Below are positions 57,695 to 64,000 of a DNA stretch of 64,000 nt, piece by piece. The stretch spans positions 153,644-217,643 of the forward strand of contig CAVTOA010000003.1 of the NCBI GenBank assembly GCA_963736285.1, given 5' to 3'. This DNA is from an uncultured Acidimicrobiales bacterium. GTDB taxonomy: Bacteria; Actinomycetota; Actinomycetes; Mycobacteriales; QHCE01. The notes under the pieces were generated by a model. That model was given only the letters and a program-made list of their open reading frames with translations. It made no database searches and had not been told where the DNA came from. A program made the position numbers and the translations under genes. The first letter of the stretch is position 1, and every line of letters starts with the position of its first letter.

Positions 57695-58576
57695 CTACTT
57701 CAAGAGTCGAGACATACGCCGGTCCGCGAGAATTTTTCCACCGGTCTGACATGTCGGACAGTACTGGAACGACGAGTCAGCAAAGTGGACAGAGCGCACC
57801 GCGTCGCCACACACTGGACACGCCTCACCATCCTTGCCATGTACCCGCAACGTCAACTTCTTTCCGGCCTTCAACTCGCCGGCTGCGAGCCCCTGCGCAT
57901 TGGCTACCGCCGCTCTCAGGACACTGCCGATGGCGTTATAGAGGCGATCGAGCCGCAGCGCATCGAGATTGCGGGCGGTCGCAAACGGCGAGACGCGGGC
58001 AGCGTGCAAGATCTCGTCCGAATAAGCATTGCCAATGCCGGCGATCGCCGATTGATCTACCAACAACTTCTTAACCCGGACGCTTGTTGCTCCGGCGATC
58101 TCCTGCCACCGGTCGTGAGTGAACTCCGCCCCCAGCGGATCCACACCCAACCGTTGGATGCCAGGTACGTCGTTAAGCTCACGCACCGCATAGACGGCGA
58201 GCCGCTTCTTTGTTCCTTGCTCCGTGACGCTCCAACTTGACTGATCGTCAAAAACAAGGCGCAACGCTAGTGGCCCCCTACCCGAACGAACCGGTCCAGC
58301 GTCTGCCCGCTCCGCCCAACGAATCCACCCAGCCCGCGCCAGGTGCAGTACCAAGTGGAACCGCGTAGCTGCCGTACCCGGCGCATCGACCATGACGTCC
58401 AGGAACTTCCCACGCCGTCCAATACCAGCCACTACTAAATTAACGAGCGCGGTGACGGGCGGGTCGAACGTCTTAAGTGCCTGGATGGACGCCACGTCGA
58501 CTCGAGTGACGCGCAGGCCGACTGTCCGGTCAGCAAGATAGTCGACGAGTGCCTGCACCTCGGGAAGCTCGGGCAT
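57695..58576 (-). CDS. nei: Fpg/Nei family DNA glycosylase / AP lyase
   Basis: N-terminus 'MPELPEV', an H2TH region, and a C-terminal zinc finger 'CPVCG..CPTCQ'. Confidence 0.9.
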   Translation of the reverse strand: MPELPEVQALVDYLADRTVGLRVTRVDVASIQALKTFDPPVTALVNLVVAGIGRRGKFLDVMVDAPGTAATRFHLVLHLARAGWIRWAERADAGPVRSGRGPLALRLVFDDQSSWSVTEQGTKKRLAVYAVRELNDVPGIQRLGVDPLGAEFTHDRWQEIAGATSVRVKKLLVDQSAIAGIGNAYSDEILHAARVSPFATARNLDALRLDRLYNAIGSVLRAAVANAQGLAAGELKAGKKLTLRVHGKDGEACPVCGDAVRSVHFADSSFQYCPTCQTGGKILADRRMSRLLK

Positions 58577-58686
58577 ACCAGCAGTCTGCGACGCGATTGC
58601 TTATCCCGCTACTCCTAGGAGCACCTTGTCGAGGTAAGGGCCGCATTGCCCAGCGTCGTCACGCTCGCTCGCACCCCTTGGCTTTC

Positions 58687-58733
58687 TGCGGATTGCCCGC
58701 AATATTAAGAGCCGAAATCGCGGGCAATCCGCA
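58687..58733. repeat. Inverted pair of the TGCGGATTGCCCGC motif
   Basis: TGCGGATTGCCCGC (58687-58700), 19-nt spacer, GCGGGCAATCCGCA (58720-58733). T/A tracts flank it, as in the 7872-7897 copy. Confidence 0.55.
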
Positions 58734-58765
58734 AAAAAGCATGCGTCTCAGGCCTCGGTGCGCCG

Positions 58766-59995
58766 TTACTGGTCAGGATGTGAGTTCTGCTTCTGCTGGT
58801 ACAACGCCGACCCCTTTTGGTAGTCGTCCCAGCTCATGGTCCAGTCAGTCCAGCCATCGCCAGCCTTAACATTGGCCTCGGTGCCTTCAATATCAATGAC
58901 ATCGCCCATCTTGCTCATCTCGTAGAACCATTTAGCGTTCTCAGTAGCGAGATTGACGCAACCGTGTGACACATTGACCGAGCCTTGCTGCCCCGTCGAC
59001 CACGGTGCCGCGTGAACAAACTCGCCGCCCCAGGTGAAACGGACATCCCAGTAGACGGTCTCGCGATAGCCACCGGGAGCATTCGATGGGACACCAAACG
59101 TCGAGGAATCGAAAATCATCGACGGCGCTTTATCCATGGCGACCAGAGTTCCCGACGACGTGGGTGTCGCCGCAGCGCCAAGGCTGACGGGAAATTCTTT
59201 GACGAGTTTCCCGTCTTGATAGACACGTATCTTTTTGTCGCTATTACTGACCTTGCTGATCGTCTCTGAACCCACGGTCAAATGGAAAACCCGATCCGCA
59301 TTGCCGTAATACCCGCCGCCCATATCGAGCCCACCGATGCCAGCCCGCACAGAAATCTTGGTACCCGGCTTCCAATATTCCTTGGGGCGATAATGCACCT
59401 CGGAGTCGGAGAACCAATTCCACGACCCCTCGACCTGAGGGTCGCTCCGCACAAACAGCCGGCGTTCGACGTCCGCCTTTTTCTCGTCGGAGATATCGCC
59501 ATCGAATTTGATCACAATGGGCAAACCGACACCAACCTCCTGACCGTTGGTCACATAGAGGGTCGTCTCGATGGTGCGGGACGGCCGCGACATGGTTTTG
59601 AAATGCGAACTGTAGCTCTTGGTCAACGAGCCGTTCTTTGCTGAAACCTTCAACGTGTAAGAGGTGCTGTAGGCGAGCTGCTTCTCCGGAACCCAGGTGG
59701 AGTCACCCCGCAAGAAACTCCCCGACACTGAATTACCTTCAGAAGAAACCAGCTCCGTTTTCGCGATTTTCCCCGTTGTCGTGATGGGAAACTCTACGCT
59801 CGGCGAAACGTTAGTAGAACCATTCGCCGGACCATCGACGCTCAAAGACACTGGCTTTAACGCGTGAGATCCCGACGCATCCCCGGGGGTGGCAAACCTA
59901 CCCGTTTGGTCACAAGCCGCTACGGCAAGCAAGCCGACGATCGCCGCGATCACCCATAGCCGCCGTCGCATAAGAGAGGTTTGCACTACCCGCAT
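58766..59995 (-). CDS. L,D-transpeptidase lipoprotein (YkuD domain)
   Basis: Lipobox 'LLAVAAC', Ig-like N-terminal domains, and catalytic 'SHGCVNL'. Confidence 0.88.
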   Translation of the reverse strand: MRVVQTSLMRRRLWVIAAIVGLLAVAACDQTGRFATPGDASGSHALKPVSLSVDGPANGSTNVSPSVEFPITTTGKIAKTELVSSEGNSVSGSFLRGDSTWVPEKQLAYSTSYTLKVSAKNGSLTKSYSSHFKTMSRPSRTIETTLYVTNGQEVGVGLPIVIKFDGDISDEKKADVERRLFVRSDPQVEGSWNWFSDSEVHYRPKEYWKPGTKISVRAGIGGLDMGGGYYGNADRVFHLTVGSETISKVSNSDKKIRVYQDGKLVKEFPVSLGAAATPTSSGTLVAMDKAPSMIFDSSTFGVPSNAPGGYRETVYWDVRFTWGGEFVHAAPWSTGQQGSVNVSHGCVNLATENAKWFYEMSKMGDVIDIEGTEANVKAGDGWTDWTMSWDDYQKGSALYQQKQNSHPDQ

Positions 59996-60224
59996 AGTGG
60001 GCTCCGAAAAATGTAGATGCGCGAAAAACGAAGGAAAGCCAATAGTCTTCAGAAAATCTAACGTCGTCCGCTTCGCCTCGAACAGCCGCCATACCCCTAC
60101 CCCACACGGTTTGGGCTTAGCCGACCGGTTCGTCGGCGGTCAGAACTAACTGCTAGGGTTACGCTTCGTTCACGGGTTCACGATCCGTTGCAAGTATAGG
60201 TGACGCCCGTTTACGCAGTGCAAT

Positions 60225-60297
60225 GCGCCGCTAGCTCAATTGGCAGAGCAGCTGGCTCTTAACCAGCGGGTTCGGGGTTCGAGTCCCTGGCGGCGCA
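60225..60297 (+). tRNA. tRNA-Lys (anticodon CTT)
   Basis: Acceptor GCGCCGC/GCGGCGC, anticodon arm GCTGG-CTCTTAA-CCAGC, T-loop TTCGAGT. Confidence 0.9.
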
Positions 60298-60328
60298 CTC
60301 GAAAGATCAGCTAAGCCATGATGGTGCG

Positions 60329-61168
60329 GTGTTAGCCGATGTCCTTTCTTCTCTTCTCTGTCCTTTCTGCAAAGGCGCTTTGTCGCTATGTCCACCACAG
60401 GTGGGCTGCGAGTTAGGTCACCGGTTTGACGTGGCCCGGCAGGGCTACCTCAATCTGCATGGCGCGCCGGCCAAGCCGTTCACCGGCGACGATGCGGCCA
60501 TGGTCAACGCCCGGGCAGCTTTCCTTGATGCCGGCCACTACGCGCCCATAGCCGATGCCATCGCCCGACACGCGATTGCGATGACCCCCATGGATGATGG
60601 GTTGCTTGTCGACGTTGGCGCGGGGACCGGATACTACCTTCAGTCACTCCTGACACATATGACTGACGCATTCGCTATCGCGGTGGACGCGTCAAAATAC
60701 GCGCTGCGCCGAGCCGCTCGCTGCCATCCACGGGTTACGGCAGTCGCCGCAAATGCCTGGCAAGGTCTTCCGATTCAATCAGGCACAGCCTCGGCAATTC
60801 TTAATGTGTTCGCACCCCGTAATGGCGGAGAGTTTCGCCGCATCCTGAAGCAAGACGGCGCGCTTATTACAGTCACCCCGCGGCCCGACCATTTGCACGA
60901 AGTCGTGACTGGTCTCGAATTGCTCTCCGTTGATGACCAGAAATCATTGCGTGTCGCGCGAAGCCTCGGCAACGATTTCACGCTCGTTAAGCAGGAATCA
61001 ACACGCTTCCCCATAGCCCTAGAAAAAGCGGACTCCTTGACGCTGGCAGGCATGGGCCCCAGCGCGCGGCACACGGATCCGGGAAGTCTGCTCGCACGAG
61101 CAGATCACCTCGAATACCCGATAAACGTCACTGTGTCTGTAGACATCTCCATATTTCGTGCCGGTTAA
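60329..61168 (+). CDS. rlmA: 23S rRNA (guanine-N1)-methyltransferase RlmA-like
   Basis: N-terminal Zn motif 'LLCPFCKGAL..CELGHRFDVARQGYLNL' and SAM motif 'VDVGAGTGYY'. Confidence 0.8.
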   Translation: MLADVLSSLLCPFCKGALSLCPPQVGCELGHRFDVARQGYLNLHGAPAKPFTGDDAAMVNARAAFLDAGHYAPIADAIARHAIAMTPMDDGLLVDVGAGTGYYLQSLLTHMTDAFAIAVDASKYALRRAARCHPRVTAVAANAWQGLPIQSGTASAILNVFAPRNGGEFRRILKQDGALITVTPRPDHLHEVVTGLELLSVDDQKSLRVARSLGNDFTLVKQESTRFPIALEKADSLTLAGMGPSARHTDPGSLLARADHLEYPINVTVSVDISIFRAG

Positions 61169-61271
61169 GGAGTGACGTGTGCCAACTTGTGGCATATCTC
61201 GTCGCACTCCCCATGCAATCTGCATACTGAATCCAGTGCCGCTACGACATCCATCTACTGAAGGTTGTCTC

Positions 61272-61457
61272 ATGCAGAAAGCCGATCTTCGGAACGCAAC
61301 ATGGCGTAAGTCTTCACTTAGCACTGCGTGTGGATCTAATTGCGTCGAGGTAGCACCCATCAACAACTACATCGCCGTCCGCGACTCCAAAGATCCAGAC
61401 GGGCCCGCATTCGTATTCAGCCGAACACAGTGGACAGAATTTATTCGCGCACTATAA
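61272..61457 (+). CDS. DUF397 domain protein
   Basis: 'WRKSSLSTACGSNCVEVA..VRDSKDPDGPAFVF'. ATG 61272 with a GAAGG RBS. Confidence 0.8.
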   Translation: MQKADLRNATWRKSSLSTACGSNCVEVAPINNYIAVRDSKDPDGPAFVFSRTQWTEFIRAL

Positions 61458-61471
61458 CGCGTAATTCCTTA

Positions 61472-61510
61472 AGCCCGTCGGATTGCCCTTCACACAGCAC
61501 GTCCGACGGG
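61472..61510 (+). terminator. Hairpin after the DUF397 gene
   Basis: GCCCGTCGGA (61472-61481) / TCCGACGGGC (61501-61510), followed by a very AT-rich ~180-bp stretch. Confidence 0.5.
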
Positions 61511-61614
61511 CGAGGATAACTAATGAGTTAAAATATGTATCCAACATTCCCATTATTGAAATGCTGATATTTCTCAGGCAATTAAGAATGACACCGTTAA
61601 ACTAACACAAATAA

Positions 61615-62985
61615 TTGCCATTAAAATTATGGCGTAATGATCGGACGGAGATTTTTTACTATATTCATTGCGTGTATAAATTTGCTAAAGAATTTTCGCT
61701 ATTTCGAAACCGTCAATTCACCCTATTACTTACCGCACGCACCATTTCCACATTAGGAAACACTTTCGCGCCGGTCGCGGTGGCATTCGGCATTCTGGGA
61801 CTAGATCCAGCAAATACCGGCCCGCTCTCTGCCGTGCTCATCGCTCAGAGCGTCGCGCAACTTGTGTGCTTCCTCGCTGGCGGCGTCATCGCAGACCGGA
61901 TTCCCCGACATCTCCTGATGGGACTTGCCGAGCTGGTGGGATGTTGTGCATATGCGGGCCTAGCGTTCATGCTCTCCACAGAAAATGCGCCCCTGTTTGG
62001 CCTCATAGGATGCGGGGCGTTGGCAGGGTCAGCAATGGCGCTTTTTCTACCTGCTGCCACCGGCGTCATGCCAGACATTGTGCCTACCGCCGACCTACAA
62101 GCCAGCAATAGCTTGTTGCGGTTCGGTACAAACATAGCGAGCATGGCAGGATTTGCACTATCTGGATTAACGGTCACATTTCTTGGAGCAGGAACAGCTC
62201 TCGCATTAGATGCCGCGAGTTTCGCCATTTCTGCTGTTCTCATCGCGGCCTTGCGCATTCCTCGCCGCATTGTTGCGGGCACGCAATCTGGGAATTCCCA
62301 AAATCAAGGCATCACCAGTTTCTTCCATGATCTCCGCGATGGATGGCGCGAATTTATTTCTCGACAATGGCTCTGGTTAGTGGTATTGCAATGTGGACTA
62401 GATGTAGCCGCCTGTCATGCGATGTATGGCGTGCTCGGTCCGTTGGTGGCCCAAGATCATTACGGTGGCGCCATCGCATGGTCGGCAGCGCTATGTGCGG
62501 AGACTCTCGGAACGGTTATTGGGGCCGCGATCGCCATGCGCATTCAGCCTCGCCGCCCCATTCTGGTGGCCGTTCTTGTCCAGATCGGCGCCGCGATTCA
62601 ACCCACTTTGCTAGGACTACCTGTGTGGTGGATCTTTGTGGTGTCGGGCTCATTTGTAGCTGGCATAGCCCTGGAAAATTTCAACGTGTTGTGGGAAACC
62701 ACTGTGCAAAGAGAAGTGCCGAAAGAAAAACTGTCGAGGGTAAGCTCTTACGACTATTTTGGATCCTTTTTATTGGGACCGGTGGGACTCGCGGTGGGGG
62801 CATTCGCGGCACCACAGTTTGGCGCCCGAGTGTCCCTTCTAGGTTGTGCGGCGATCATGGGCATTTCTGCGGCAGCTCTTCTACTCTTCCCGCAGATACG
62901 ACACCTCACCACCCCGAAGCCAACACTCGCTCACGAGCCAGAACAAACATCCGCCCGCGCGCTTGAGTCAGCGAGCAACGCCTAG
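61615..62985 (+). CDS. MFS transporter (EntS/MFS_3-like)
   Basis: 'FRNRQFTLLLTARTISTLGNTF' and 12 TM segments. The true start is probably downstream of 61615, because the first ~20 codons lie in AT-rich DNA. Confidence 0.75.
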   Translation: MPLKLWRNDRTEIFYYIHCVYKFAKEFSLFRNRQFTLLLTARTISTLGNTFAPVAVAFGILGLDPANTGPLSAVLIAQSVAQLVCFLAGGVIADRIPRHLLMGLAELVGCCAYAGLAFMLSTENAPLFGLIGCGALAGSAMALFLPAATGVMPDIVPTADLQASNSLLRFGTNIASMAGFALSGLTVTFLGAGTALALDAASFAISAVLIAALRIPRRIVAGTQSGNSQNQGITSFFHDLRDGWREFISRQWLWLVVLQCGLDVAACHAMYGVLGPLVAQDHYGGAIAWSAALCAETLGTVIGAAIAMRIQPRRPILVAVLVQIGAAIQPTLLGLPVWWIFVVSGSFVAGIALENFNVLWETTVQREVPKEKLSRVSSYDYFGSFLLGPVGLAVGAFAAPQFGARVSLLGCAAIMGISAAALLLFPQIRHLTTPKPTLAHEPEQTSARALESASNA

Positions 62986-63115
62986 AACCCAGTGATCAAA
63001 TCCACCAAATGCCCAGTAAATGGTAAATATCCGTATTTAGCCGCGCGCTACCTGCTTTTTCTGCACACTGAGTCGGCGGCATGGCGTCGCACTCCCAACT
63101 GAAAGGCAGCCCAGC

Positions 63116-63304
63116 ATGCGTGGAGCCAAACTCAAACAGGCAGCATGGCGTAAGTCGACCCGAAGCGGCGGCGGCAACAATTGTGTAGAGGTCGCGCCTG
63201 TAGAGGGATTCGTTGCCGTGCGGGACTCGAAAGACCCCGATGGTCCAGCCTTTGTGTTTAGGCCACAGGAATGGACGGCATTCGTCTCGAAGCTGCGGGG
63301 CTAG
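63116..63304 (+). CDS. DUF397 domain protein (paralog of 61272..61457)
   Basis: 'WRKSTRSGGGNNCVEVA..VRDSKDPDGPAFVF'. Confidence 0.8.
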   Translation: MRGAKLKQAAWRKSTRSGGGNNCVEVAPVEGFVAVRDSKDPDGPAFVFRPQEWTAFVSKLRG

Positions 63305-63358
63305 TCGGCTGGGGTGCACTGGTGTGCGAATCCGCCTCGTGCACCAGTGCACCACCCA

Positions 63359-64000
63359 TCACACAGACGTCGCGATACGTAAATTCTGAGCGGCCACCGC
63401 TTGCCACGACCACCGCTCCCTCGCCAGCCGAACTACCGTCTCACGCATCTCACGCCGCTGCTGTTCAGGCAACGCGAAAATCGAGTCGATACAGCGGGCC
63501 ATTCCCTCGATCGGATAGCTAGGGTCGTAAGTAAACAAAGTAGGTGTGTCTAACGCGGACTCGACGGCGAGGCCGACCTCCATGATCCCGGAGTGCGCCG
63601 GAACAATTGGCAGTACGCCCGCTGCGGCCGCCTCAGCAGCAACCATGCCAAACGCCTCATCTCCGATCGTGGGCACAGCCAATACATCCCAGTTGGGCAA
63701 AGTCACTGAGAGCTGATCGTGTTCTTGCCGGCCCAACCACCCAACGTCCACTTGGCGATAACGCTTCGACGTTATGCCGTTCCAGTGCCCTTGCTCAATA
63801 AAGCTAGCCAGCTGATTCAACGGGGCCGTGCCATCACCCTCCTTGGCTAACGTAGCAACGGTCTCTACGTCGCCGAGGTTAAGAGCGGCATCAAGTTGGT
63901 GCAGTCCGGCTTCGAACCCGCCAAATCCGACCAATTGCGCGCGCAGATCGGGGGTCTGGGTCAGGCCCAATGCCGCCAACAAATTTTGCGGACCCTTGTA
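63359..64000 (-). CDS. GT4-family glycosyltransferase, 5'-truncated by the window edge
   Basis: C-terminal 'GDEAFGMVAAEAAAAGVLPIV' (E-x7-E region). The reading frame stays open to position 64000. Confidence 0.7.
   Translation of the reverse strand, partial: YKGPQNLLAALGLTQTPDLRAQLVGFGGFEAGLHQLDAALNLGDVETVATLAKEGDGTAPLNQLASFIEQGHWNGITSKRYRQVDVGWLGRQEHDQLSVTLPNWDVLAVPTIGDEAFGMVAAEAAAAGVLPIVPAHSGIMEVGLAVESALDTPTLFTYDPSYPIEGMARCIDSIFALPEQQRREMRETVVRLARERWSWQAVAAQNLRIATSV

Noticed and set aside
1-64000. CRISPR arrays, rRNA genes, IS elements/transposases, and intact phage or integrase genes.
   Set aside because: I found no regularly spaced direct repeats, rRNA-like sequence or transposase/recombinase motifs in any frame during manual inspection.

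Overview
High-GC (~58-60%) Actinomycetota chromosomal segment from a sortase/LPXTG-bearing lineage. The conserved backbone recalls, from memory, the M. tuberculosis Rv2444c-Rv2478c region: rne, ileS, ndk, DUF4233, folC, clpX, clpP2, clpP1, tig, rpiB, DUF1015, pepN, DUF5130, HNH, glbO, GH13 alpha-glucosidase, ettA and an SSB-like gene. Other core genes are otsA/otsB, a group-2 sigma factor, orn, nei and an L,D-transpeptidase. There are five intact tRNAs: Pro-TGG, Gly-TCC, Arg-TCT, His-GTG and Lys-CTT. The backbone is interrupted by several accessory insertions. (1) A decayed 3.3-kb island sits at tRNA-Pro, bounded by an 85-bp direct repeat that contains a 5'-truncated tRNA copy. It carries frameshifted HAD, FGE/SUMF1-like and AAA-ATPase/DUF234 genes. 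(2) An orphan J-domain gene lies just upstream of tig, with a duplicated copy of the tig-upstream segment nearby. (3) A ~0.9-kb low-GC insert of unknown function sits between ndk and DUF4233/folC. (4) A low-GC swap spans the junction of a DUF6318-like/PKD-like gene pair. (5) A tandemly duplicated two-gene module of unknown function follows rne. (6) Two thioester-domain (TQXA) LPXTG adhesin genes diverge around tRNA-Arg; one has Ser in place of the thioester Cys. At least 7 genes appear frameshifted, including ileS, rne and the DUF1015 gene. Read-level verification is needed before any of them is called a pseudogene. No CRISPR array, rRNA, transposase or intact integrase was seen.
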